From Enoplolaimus lenunculus (taxonomy: Eukaryota), in NCBI GenBank assembly GCA_030248215.1, contig JASANG010001329.1:1-64000 (forward strand): DNA of 64,000 bases, given 5' to 3'. The notes under the pieces were generated by a model that was not told the DNA's origin, made no database searches, and saw only the letters and a list, made by a program, of their open reading frames with translations. Positions 1-12,087 of this stretch are shown in pieces (positions within the stretch are counted from its first letter, which is position 1; every line of letters starts with the position of its first letter). The position numbers and the translations under genes are program-made.

Positions 1-373
1 ACATACGGCAATTCTAGATGGAAACTGAAGGCAACGTTTAATAATTTTTTGATGTCTTCAAATCTGAAATTAGTCTCGGAGCCAATTGCATAAGTTTGGC
101 CAACCCATATATCCCACCAAAAGCAAAGAGAATCAAACTTGTTTTGAAAAATATCCTCATGTTAACGATGTACATACAATCTATTTACACGGCCAATAAA
201 AAATGTTAAACACTTTAGCTTAGGCTCTGGCTTAAGAACTGCTGCAATTTAGTTCGGCTGGCCGCATGCCCCGACCCGCTTATACCCGTGGGCCGAAAAT
301 GTGAGCCCAAATTGTGAGCCCGGGTTCGGCTCGGGCCCGCGGGCCTTGACCGGGCCTGTTCGAACCCTGTGGG

Positions 374-596
374 GGTCAATGTAAAGAACAGGTGCAGAAC
401 AGTATTTATAAAGTTTTATTCCTTATTTATAAAGTTTTATTCCTAAGCCTAAGCGTAAGCCTAAGCCTAATAAGCCTATGCGTAAAAATGTTATTCTTTA
501 ACGTAAGCCTAAGCCTAAGCCTAAACTAGGCAAAAAATTAGTCTAAAGCTTGAGCTTATTCCACTCTAGTCCCACAGAAAAACGTTTCGGCCCTGA
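374..596. mobile_element. Same telomeric-repeat MITE family (right end truncated)
   Basis: GGTCAATGTAAAGAACAGG start, two AAGCCT arrays, CTAGTCCCACAGAAAAACGTTTCGGCCCTG end. Confidence 0.7.
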
Positions 597-2674
597 AAAG
601 AATGTTATAAAATTAGGATTAACTTAGAATTTTTGCAGAGTCCAAAAACAACGCAGTCGCTCTCCTGAATTGCGGGCATAGTGCTCAATGCATAATATCT
701 TGAAACTAACATAGTCTTTAACAGAGACTATGCGCTAAAAAATTCCAAACCACTATGCCAAAAAATTTTATAAAACGAAAGATCGCGAGGTGGTGGGTAT
801 TAATGTCCTGCTGCGCCCCTGCAGCGTATGGCAAATCTTATATGATGACGATTCCTACCAGGGTATAACCACAGGTTTACCTTCGGTTCTGGCTCCGGCA
901 GAAAATCGACCACCGGCCCCTGCTGGATGCAACCGGAGGTGAAAAATACTGGAGCCGGAGCTGCAGTCAGAGGTCAACAAAAGTTGCCGGAGCCGAAGCT
1001 GCAGCCGGAGCCGGAGGCGAAATAAAAATGATGATCAATATGGGTTAATTTTAGCTAATATCTGCAATTGTTGATAAGTTGTTTGGTTTTACGCTAATTT
1101 TCTGCAAAATTTCGGAAATTCTTCCCTGAAAATTGAAACAAAAGTAAAACAAAACGCTCTAAACAGACAAAATTTTGCAAAGTTATGCAAAATTTTACTA
1201 CCGAAATTGCCGGATACGGCAAAAATGCTGCAGGAGCCGGAGCTCGATTTTCTGCCGGAGCCGGAGGCAGACCTCCGGTTGGACCCTGGGCTCTGGCTGG
1301 CAATTGTGGTATTGAAATTAACAAATTATATCTGGTTAGTGCGTTCTGTATTACTTTTCGCATATAAATTTGAGGAAAGAATTGCGCAGATTTCATAAAA
1401 AAATAAGCGTAAAACCAAACAATCCCCACCTGCAGCTTCGGAAAGTTTTGTTGACCTATGGCTCCGGCTCCTTTATTTTTCACCCGGTGGCAAACAAGAA
1501 AATTGCAATTAAGTTTGCAGGGTGTAGCCGATTATAATGTAATATAGGCCAAGACTACTTTGGAATCAAAATATAAGCGTTTTAACACATAACTCTCACA
1601 TCTGCCGCATACTCGGTCATAAAATTGAACGATTGTCCGTCCTCATTATTTTGGTTTGCTTAGTTTTGTGAAGACATGAGTTTAAAGAGTTTTGAATAAT
1701 ATGCACTGTACGAATAGTTTAAAAGATTTGTTGAATAGCAATACTAGCTGTAATTTACCTAGCTAGGCGTAAAGTTTTCTAATGTTTCAACGTTGAATCG
1801 TGTACAAGTTGTTTATCTCTACTAGCTGGCAGTGTGCGACCGTATATTAGCTTTACTGGACACCGAAACCGAATACGGATATTGACTTGTTTACTGGAAA
1901 CGGAAACGGGATATTGCATTATGTTAAATTAATTTATATTTTCGCTGTACTTTCAGCGTGCTTAAGGTTTTCATCTGTTATAAAATTCATTATTGCTGCT
2001 AATAAAATAAAATTATTTAAAGTAACACGATAAACTACTCGCTCGCTTCCATAAGCTAAAAGTAACTGAAAAAGTATCGAATTTTGAGCTTCATTTAGTC
2101 ACTAGTCAGCTGTGTTCATGTTTGAGGTCAGGCAATGACAGATGATAAATCGATTGCACGCAACAAAGACACACTCGAAGGTAGGCTGATACCAGTCGTA
2201 GTGGGACTACATTTATTGAGCGAACCTCGAACACACGATATCGGTTTTGGCGATTTGTGAACAATTTATTCAGATTCCTCGCACCGAAAAACCCTTTAGT
2301 GCCGAAATTAGATTTTAACCTTAATAATAAGTGAAATATTGTAAAAAGTCCTAATTTAGGCCGCAAGTAGTACTAAATTGGCACGATGAAGTTTGGCTTT
2401 TTGTTTAAAATATGCAATCAAACACCTGGTTACGGCATTTTTTTAAAATCCTGCTGAACCCTATTGTAACATCAGAATGTTGGAATTTTATGTTGAACTA
2501 TTTATTTTGACGAAGCTATTTTAAATCAGAAATAATGTGGGGGAGAACAAACTCACAAATTTTAGATCTGATTTTTGCTTTAAAGGTACGTGAAATGAAC
2601 CCGTCAGCAAACTTAATATTTAATTACGGGTGCATTTGCATATATATACGTATGTATATACATATTTCTTATAG

Positions 2675-3020
2675 AAATTTTTCAAATTTCGGAAATATTG
2701 AATACTGGACTTGACAAAGAGTCCTTAGCGTTGTGCATTCAATTGATTGAATCAGGCGTTAATCCGGACGCACTCAGTCGGGCTATAGTCGAGTTACGAA
2801 AGGATACGGCTGACCATCGTGCTGCGACTAATTTAAAGGGTAATATTTATGACTGTTTCATGCAAACGAAGCCAAAGCTGCGGAAAGTGACGAGGATTCT
2901 TTCAAAATCTCTTGTCTCAATCAAATTTTACGACTTTATTTGATAGAGCTACAACATTTAAAAGCAAATACGACCCGGAAGTTTTTAAAACGGAAATCTA
3001 AAAAGGCACGAAGATTTTAG
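2675..3020 (+). CDS. MZT1: Mitotic-spindle organizing protein 1 (MOZART1/GIP). Core exon 2675-2839. Start exon not resolved. 3' end either splices to 2947-3020 or reads through to the stop at 2943
   Basis: After the acceptor ttcttatag the frame reads IFQISEILNTGLDKESLALCIQLIESGVNPDALSRAIVELRK, matching the MOZART1 signature (EIS.ILNTGLD.E.L..C..L.E.G.NP.AL...I.ELR). Donor G|gtaata at 2840; AATAAA at 3221. Confidence 0.88.
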
Positions 3021-5128
3021 GACGAACAGAGTAATACGCAGCGAGACCGGTTTTACGATATCCAAGGCCTACCAAACGATATCTGAGAGTGTCAACGAAG
3101 ACAAAAAATGAATATCAAATTCATTTTGTATTTTTGCCCAAATACGTGATCACCTGAGAGTGATAGGAAGCACTGTCGATACTCGGCAGCCCATATAAAC
3201 GTTTATGTACATATGTATTTAATAAATTGAAATGTGTGTAATATATTACAATACAAGTGCTGGTGGTTTGCTCATACAGTTCACACAGAAGCACTAGTTA
3301 CAATGAAACAAATCTTGCGAGCGAGAACCAACGCATTTTATCGATGGCAGCAAAGCCGACCGAACACCCAAAAAGGCAACCGTAGAATTTAATATCCGGT
3401 TAGATCCGTATAATTAATCCAAATGTAAAACTAAACGGCATTCAAATATCAGAATAGCTAACAATTCTTGCTTTGAATACCCGGTCCGCGATACAAAAAT
3501 AGTACTAGCACATTATAAGTTTAAGCTATAATGTATTGTCAAAAATATGGACATATACGTACTGTATGTGTGGTTTAATTTTAGACAAACAACAGACATC
3601 TCAACATCAAAAGTAACGCGATATTTGAGCGCACAATTTACTTGGTTTTCATGGAGGTGGACCAAACAGACTGTGATACAAGTGCAACATCTGTCACAGT
3701 TTCGGCCAACATTACTGGTAACATTACCAAAATTGATACAGATGCAGATGGTAATCATTATGTTGATGTATTTATTTTTAGTTAAGTCCTCGTGTGTTTG
3801 AATTCGTGAAAAAATTCACACTACCAGTCAAAAACAATCTGAAGATTTAGAGTTTGATCAATTGGTGATCTTGTGTTTTTGTGTACTAGGATCCGACAAG
3901 ATAGCAACAAATACCGGTGCAGGATGCGTGAATATCTTGCTTCGACAGGAGACGGCACTGAAGTTCGATATTCAAGTGCATATTTTGTCAAAAGTTAAAA
4001 ATTGATCACATAATTTTGAATTACCGGCTACAATTTCGTGTCATTTTGTTTTACTAAATGTTTTATTAACTTCTACCGTTTCAAGAAAACGTCGCTGTGA
4101 ATTATTGTTGTTTTGGTCATTAATAATAGTTGAATAATATTGTGTTATGCCTTTTGTTTTTAGCAATAGATATCCACTATCCAGCGATGCTGAATACCGG
4201 AGCCGGATATTTGGTCGCATCCAGTTGTACACGATATAGTTTCTCATAAAAACACATTCACGCAGACATAAGTAGTGATGTGTCGATAATACCGAAATTT
4301 TTGCCGATACCGATTCCTATTTTCAAATTTTGCCGATTCGGATACCATTGTCGATTCCAATTTTATTACACGATGTTTTAGGATAGAAAACTTAAGCCTT
4401 AAACACCATAAACAATTATATATAATTTTATTAGAACGGTTCATTTCAATCAATTAACCAGAGGTCTTGCTCCGGCTCCGGCAAAAATCGACCTCCGGCT
4501 CCGGAAGTATTGCTGCTCTAGGTTCCAGCAGTTCGGTAGTTAAATCTTGAATAGTTTTACAAAATTTATTTGTTTGGTGCGTTTCGTTTTAACTCTTGGT
4601 ACATTTTTGCGGAAGAAATTGCCCATATTTCGTAAAAAATAAGCGTAAAATCAATAGATTTAATAATATCTTACAGATATTTTTTAAAATTAACAAATTA
4701 AACATCAATTAAACTGCCTCATTTCGCGTCACCTCCGGTTTCGGTAAATTTTATTTATATCTGGCTCCGGTATTTTTCGCCCCCGGTTGCACCCTGAAAA
4801 GAGATAAGTTCCCGTGATCAGCCGCAGTGATATACGCCGACAAGTATAATTGGATAGCATTCCAACTTACTGTTAAGTGTCAAAATACCGGCAAATAATC
4901 GGCATTTTTTGTAGTGGCGATGCTGATGGCGACACTACCGAAAAGCGTCAATATTGGCTGGGTTTCTGAAATCTTACTTAAGTATTTACTTAAGTTATAC
5001 TTAAGTAATTACCTAAGTCGCCAATTTAAGTAAATACTTAAATTTTCGAGCAAAAACAAATAAATACAAAAATGTCAGCCATGTCGTAACAAAAGAGTAA
5101 TAGTTTTGTTTTATGTTAAGGAGACATC

Positions 5129-6031
5129 ATGAGTCTACAATTTCAATTAGACCAAGGTTAGTATACCTGAACAGTTAATCTGCAATATATCAAATTTGTT
5201 CCGCGACTTAAAATATTTACTTAACTTATTACGGTTATAAAAATGACAAAATGGTTATGTAATTACTTTACGCGTACTTAAGTTCTACGAAAGTTTCATT
5301 TGAACTAACTAATTTTTCATTGATTTTATGTGGTTGGTCACCTGCAAACAGTACAGGGGTTATTCCTTCAAAAACACGACTGAATGTGAGAATATTAAAA
5401 TGGAACGCAGTTGCAACTTGGCGCTGGGTCGCTAATGATGATTCTTGCGGTATCTGTCGTATGCCTTTTGACGCATGTTGTTCTGACTGCAAACTTCCAG
5501 GTAAAAATGATGCGCAAACATTACATTGCAGCGGTGCATTTTTATCTGCTTTAGTTTTGAAGGTTGTCTCATACGTTTAAGCTTAATAATTACTGTTAGT
5601 GGTTAAACAGTAAATTGTAAAATGTATTAAGGAAGGTTCACATCCGAGTCATCGAAAAGTAACTAAGTCTGGTTTAACCTATATTTCGTGTTTTTGATAG
5701 ATTAACTGCGCAATAATGTTGAAAGATATTTTAGGCAAAATGATTTAACATTTTTGTAACAACGCGTTGACTTAAAATTTTCATTGAAAAATATGGTTTT
5801 TCGCAGGAAAAATTCCTAATTCCTTTTGTCTTTAAGCTATACTTCTGAAATTTAAATATTAAGTTAATTCTTATATATAATTCATGCATGGTTTCAGGTG
5901 ATGAATGTCCGCTGGTTTGGGGTAAATGTTCGCATTGCTTTCACATACATTGCATTGTGAAATGGCTGCATTCTCAAAATGTCCAACAGCAGTGTCCCAT
6001 GTGTCGACAGGACTGGGAATTCAGAGAATGA
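5129..6031 (+). CDS. ANAPC11: Anaphase-promoting complex subunit 11 (RING-H2); exons 5129-5156, 5357-5500, 5898-6031
   Basis: Spliced product MSLQFQLDQGVIPSKTRLNVRILKWNAVATWRWVANDDSCGICRMPFDACCSDCKLPG|DECPLVWGKCSHCFHIHCIVKWLHSQNVQQQCPMCRQDWEFRE*. GT-AG introns in compatible phase. The first exon is less certain than the other two. Confidence 0.95.
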
Positions 6032-6444
6032 GCACTTATCTGGTAACTGGTCGAAGTCAAAATTGGTACCTGTGGAGGGATAATGTTGGTTTGGGTCTGC
6101 ACTGTTCCAGGGTGTAAACGAATAGTAATAATAACGGAAATGGGTAGTGATGAAAATAACGAAAACGAAAAACAGTTATTGAAGTATACATGCTTCAAAC
6201 GTGTTATATATTCAAGGCAAGTCACAGCTTGATTGCACTAGCAAAATTCTTGTAACATCATGTGTTGAATGTTAGTACATGGTACAATAATCAAAATAAT
6301 GTTTAAAGTATATTTTGCATTTCCACATTGTTTGTTGGCTTGCACGAAATCAAAATTCTTTTTAATAATATATGTCATACTGGTCTTTGGAATTCATTAC
6401 CTTAGTTCATGCACCCTAATTGTTCATCCCATCACAAGAATTCG

Positions 6445-6872
6445 AGGTATGATCGAAGGTGGGATTTTGGAATTTCAGTATATGGTGGAATTTGAGATTT
6501 TGGATATGGTCGTAGGTGGGATTTCAGGATAATATCGAAGGTGACATTTTCGGATTTCGGGATATGGTGTAAGGTGGGATTTTGGAATTTCAGGATATGG
6601 CCGAAAGTGGGATTTTGGGATGTCAGGATATGGCCGACGGTGAGATTTCGGGATATGATCCAAGCTGGGATTTTGGAATTTCGGGATATGGTCGAAGGTG
6701 GGCGATTGGGATTTGGGGATATGAACGAATGTGGATTTCGGTATATGGTCGAAGGTGGGATTTAAAGATTTGAGAATGTGGTCAACGATAGGATTTTTGT
6801 ATTTTGGGTTTTCGGGATATAGTGGAAGGGGGATTTTGGAATTGGGATTCAGGGATATCGTTGAAGGTGGGT
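6445..6872. repeat. ~33-bp degenerate minisatellite (GGGATATGGTCGAAGGTGGGATTTTGGAATTTC)n
   Basis: More than 10 tandem units visible, with shorter ~25-bp variants. Confidence 0.9.
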
Positions 6873-7718
6873 TTTAGCCTATTAAGCCTAAAACTTAAGC
6901 CTATGCCATTTACAGTCTAATCCCAAGGGTCATTTAATAATCTGTCTAAACCAAAGCCTATTTCTAAACCCTCAGCCTAAACCTAAGGTTTAGTCCAAGG
7001 GTCGTTTAAGATATAATATATAGGAGCGGAACGTTTTTCTGTGCAACTAGAATAGAGAACCTTAAGCTTTAGACTATTTTTTTGCTTGACTTCGGCTTAG
7101 GAATAAACTCATTCATACGCTTATGGGCCTTCGTTGTAATGTATAGCGGGGTATACAACCTGCCTCCGTCTCCGGCAGAATATCGACCTCCGGCAGAATT
7201 TTTGGCGGAGGTTTCAGCAATTTTGGTAGCAAAATTTTGCAAAATTTATATATTTAGCGCGTTTCGTTTTACTTTTGTCACAATTTCCGGAAAACGATTT
7301 CCGAAATTTTGCAGAAAAGCAACGTAAAAAAGCAAACAACTTAACAACATATTGCAGATATTGGCTAAAATTACTAAAATTAACCATTTTTACTACCTAA
7401 TTTCGCGTCACCAAGCTTCGTTGACCTCCGGCTCCGGTATTTTTCACCTATGGTTGCACCCTGAATGTATATATAGTAATTTTGGTAAGTAAATGTGGCG
7501 ATTCTTACTGAACGTAAAGAGCTGTTAGATTGTTTGACATTGTTTTTTGCATATTGCGCAGTGTATAAATATTAACTCAATTTGATGTTTTAAACCTGAC
7601 GTGAAACGAAATGATTGTGTTGGATTTATCTACGGATATCAAAATTGCATAACGTCGCCAAATATTTAACTGCGGCAATGCCCCATTAAGCGAAAAATTT
7701 TCAGTTTACTATCTATAA

Positions 7719-7981
7719 CCCCTTCTCACATTGAGTTGCCTACAGGCAACTCAGCGCAGTGTATATACGTAGAATAGTATCTATCGCACCGTGTTTAACA
7801 ATTGCCACACGTATACATAGTACTAAATCACCACAAGACGTGAGAGCCCCCTCGAGCTCGAGCGTCAAGCTCCTATAGCTAAGCGGTGATGGTATACGCC
7901 TCCCACTCCAGTCACTGGAACTCGAATCCTAGCATAAAAGTAGGTCTCAGGGGAAATAGAAAATATTCATGTGAGAAAGGG
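7719..7981. mobile_element. piggyBac-like MITE (263 bp) containing tRNA-type A/B boxes
   Basis: TIR CCCCTTCTCACAT / ATGTGAGAAAGGG, flanks ATAA/TTAA; near-identical copy at 37623-37885 and partial copy at 11245-11356. Confidence 0.75.
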
Positions 7982-8689
7982 TTAATTAAGCGCAAGTTTA
8001 ATCGTAAGCAGTGGTGTGCCGAGAAATTTGGATTGGGGCCGGATTCGTGCGTTAGGTTTCCACCAAAAGTGCAATTAGAACCGTTTAACAGTGACCCATC
8101 TAAATTTTTGACGTGGGTGTGACATATGAGATTGGTCACGATTTCATAGTCGGCTCCGACCCAATTTCAGAGTTCTTTTATGTCCTTTCAATTTTCAACG
8201 GGCTGGGTAAACTGGGCCAAACCAAATTGTTCGTTACGTAAACATGATTTGAAGAAAATATCGCGAGCGAGAACCTACACGCTATTTAGCTTTAATTCTA
8301 GTATAAAACTTCAGTGTAGGGTCTTTGTTGGCGTACTTTTGGCTTAGAGGTTAAACAGTGTAGGAAATCTCGTAGCTACTATTTAGAGTGAGTTGAAGAA
8401 TTCGCGACCGAGATGCTATACATTTGTTCAGTATTAAATCCCTCTGTATTAGAGTCTCAAAACGTTTCTGAGCTTTAAGCTGATTAGTTTAAGAAATTAG
8501 GCGATAAAGTTTTCCTTTGAACAGCGCCATAGGCAAAGTTTTTTTGAAAATTGAACAAAATTAACAACCTCACGAACGAAGTGACTGTTAAGTTAGGCGC
8601 ATTTTGTATCTAATATAAGTTGACACACAAAACTAATCCCGATTGGGGGGCACGGTTTCCCGGCCCCCCTCTCGGTTCGCCCCTGAAGC

Positions 8690-9014
8690 CAGGGTACAAC
8701 CGAAGGTCTACCTTCGGCTCCGGTAGAATTTTTGCCGGAGGTTCCGGCAATTTCGGTAGTAAAATTTTGTGTAATTTTACACACTTAATGCATTTAGCGC
8801 CTTTCGTTTTACTTTTGTCACAATTTTCAGGAAGGAATTTCCGAAATTTCGCAGAAAATTTGCGTAAAAACCAAACAGCTTATCAACATACTGCAGATGT
8901 TGGCTAAAATTAACTATTAAAAATCGTTTTTACTACCTAATTTCGTTTCACCTCCGGCTCCGGCAACTTTCGGTGGCCTCCGACTCCGGAATTTTTCATC
9001 TCCGGTTGCACCCT
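8690..9014. mobile_element. CAGGG-type MITE with CTCCGG subterminal repeats; related copies at about 859-1490, 4459-4796 and 7146-7463
   Basis: CAGGGTACAACCG ... CCGGTTGCACCCTG; near-collinear internal sequence shared among the four loci; 7146-7463 is flanked by AATGTATA on both sides. Confidence 0.75.
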
Positions 9015-12000
9015 GCCGTAAGCGTATAAGCAAAGCATAAGCTTAGTCTTGCAAAAGTAATATACTAAATCTACGTGTTTGTTAAGTTTTGAGAACGTAA
9101 ACGAGTCGCCGAAAAATTTTAAGTGAATCTGTTTTTCGAAGTTTATGCCGGATAAGAATAAGATTAAGCAAATTTATTTTTGACCACTATTTTTCTAGCA
9201 TAACCAGGGAATCGAAATCAGTGACTGGCTTTCGTTTAGACATTTTCTGGCAATCATGGTATCACATGTGTTAGTTTTCCGCGTGAAGAACCGTATGAAT
9301 ATTTTTAAATTAATTCTCCATTGAAAGATTTTTACGCGGAGCTGTCTTGTACAACATAGGGCACAATTTGTACTAACAATTAGAGGCTCGCAAACAGTTC
9401 ATGACCACATTGTTATTTTCCCTCACATCAATAGCAACCGACACTTCAGCGAAATGGCATGCGCCATTATTTGTAAATAAAACCATTGTGTCTCAACAAG
9501 AAATTCACACTTCTTACATTTCCTTCTGTAAACTTACATTTTGACCGCAAGCAAGATTTCCTCAGATACAATTGCATGTCTATAAAAGAACTTTCCCCAT
9601 CATTTTCTTCTGCTTTCAGTTTTACTCAAATATTAAGTATCATTCATCCGTAAAGCTATAAAGCTGTTTCGAAGATGAGTTGGGTAAAAACATTACACCC
9701 GAAAAGTTTGGAAAAATTCTTCTACTGCTAATTGTAATATGTGTTCTACAATATCACTATTGCTGAAAGCTTCTTCGCCAACTTAATGTTTCCTTAATCT
9801 TAAAAGAAACATCAATCGATTCACATTTTTCTAATCTATATTTGGCAATCTTAACCACCTAAATTTGAGCTAAGATAGAGAATGTCTATCTAAGTTTAAA
9901 AGCTCATGATGAGTACATTCAATTTCATATCAACCTACATGATGACGATAATACATATAAAGAAATTAAACATGCACAAATATTACATAGATTTTGTGTA
10001 TATTCTACCATAAAATATGATAGTCCGCGGAGGGATTTTCAAACTTAACTTTCTGATATAGTATCCTGGGATGTTTCCAGTTTTCCGGCAAATCGAACCC
10101 AGGTTAACTTAGCCATATAACATATAATCTAATTCTTGAAACAGCGTAATCGGCGTAATCTAAAACGGTTTAAACATGAAAAATGCAACCCAAAACTTGT
10201 CTTCCCGGCACAGCGAAACTTTGATCTGTATGTGCTATGGTTCCGATACATTTTTGTAACCGGGTTGCTAAAACTTTTGCATATAAATCAAAATCTAAAT
10301 TCAACATCGTAATTGGTCGCCAGTTTGAACGCTCTGATCGGCAGGTACCAGCGATAATTTACATGCGACCAACATTTTATTCAGTAATTTCACATTTATA
10401 CATTAAGACTCAAAAAGTATACTATATTGTTGCCTAATTTCCTTTATAATACCCTGAGCATTAAATACCTCCGTACCGTTACGCTTTTTAATGGAAAAGC
10501 GATTACTATTTTCACAATGCTTGTGTTGTTTAGATTTGGCTGTATATACATAATGCCACTATGTGATTTATAAAATTGTTATAATACGTGCTAGTAATCT
10601 GTAGTCGCACATATGTGCAACTCTATTAAAACACACTGTGTTTTGGCATATGTTTAGAAGGATTTGTTCAAGCAAGTATGTACTTAATAATTCTGTATTC
10701 AATTCAATACAATTTTTTACGTGTGTGGGTCCGGTAGGAATGATAGATCACGGTATCCACCATCTGAGTGGAAAATCGTTACAAATTGATGCCTGCTTTA
10801 TATACAATTTCATGTTAAAATATACGCATGAAGGAAACGGACTTCGTCTGCAAGAACAACACAAAGAAAAAGTAGACGAAAATCTATTTATCTTTAGAAT
10901 TTTTAGAAGTATAGAAGCAAGTTTGCATATGGATATAAATATCTGATGGAACGCTGCCCAAAATACGGATGTGTAGAGCACCAGCTTTAATACATAGATT
11001 AATGCAGCATGACGCTATTGTAGTGTTGTTAATTACTGCCGTCTCGTTTTCTAATTTATTTAAGTAAATCTTAGGCTCTAAGTTTTCGGTCAACTTCATA
11101 TTTTTAACACTTCCCATCTATACTTAAAAGATTTTAGTTCTGCCGCACGTTTTCAGCCATTGCGTTTACCTTTTAAAATTTCCCAGTCACAAAACAATTC
11201 CCTGTATTTTAAGATATTTTAATCCTTAGAGGTAAGATAACATCTTAGCTAAGTGGTGATAGTAAACGCCTCCCACACCACTCGCTGGAGTTCGAATCCT
11301 AGCATAAAAGTAGGTCTCAGATGATATAGAAAATATTTATGTGATATAAGATTAACTTAAAATAACCTTATATATCAAGCATTTCTATTACGAAAACGGA
11401 CACCGATTTTTATCGGAAACAGATATGGGGTTACACAGTGTTTCTTTTTCACGGAACTGCAATTGAATAAACTGAAGCTTCAGACTAATTTTTCCATTGG
11501 CTTAGGTATAATACGAATAAGCTAGCGAAACCTTCGGCAAAAATTTCACCAAAGCCAGAGGTCGATTTTTTGCTTAAGCCGCAGGCAGCAGCTGTTTCTA
11601 CCCTCATATGAACACATAACAAAATTTATTGGAAAAGGCAAAGTATGTACAACGGTAGGTGAAACATATTGAAACCAGAGGTACGTAAAATTTGACGGAA
11701 CCAGAGTGAAGCAAAATCTAGTGCTTAATCGATGACGTTGAAATACCAAAATTTTATTACAGAACTTTTCGGACAAATCGTAACAGCGGTAATTAAACAT
11801 TGAAATATTACCAAAAAAATCAAAATCACTAAACACTCAACATTTGAAAAGTTGTCAATAATTCTTGCGGAGCTGAAGCAATAGGTGAATCTACTGTTGC
11901 ACACTGATATAAAGCGTAAACTTTTCGAGATCTGATTCAGCGAATTAGAATTTAAGTCGATTTAGTAATAGTTTTCAAATTTATGTAATCGTAGCAAAAT

Positions 12001-12087
12001 ATTGCAATACATCGGTATAAACGATTCGCAAAAGCAAATAATACTTATAGTTTGGTGGTATTATATTTACACATTGCTTCTATTAGC

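Noticed and set aside
1094..1483. ORFs of 60-129 aa, also at 7082 and 8620
   Set aside because: Translations of the same non-coding CAGGG MITE
2675..6031. MZT1-ANAPC11 as a nematode-style operon
   Set aside because: Same strand but about 2 kb apart with a MITE between; trans-splicing cannot be shown from DNA alone
6475..6773. Repetitive YPEIPK-type ORFs
   Set aside because: Frames of the 33-bp minisatellite; no splice or start support
10638..11117. Overlapping 77-102 aa ORFs downstream of MRGBP
   Set aside because: No recognisable motif or consistent exon structure
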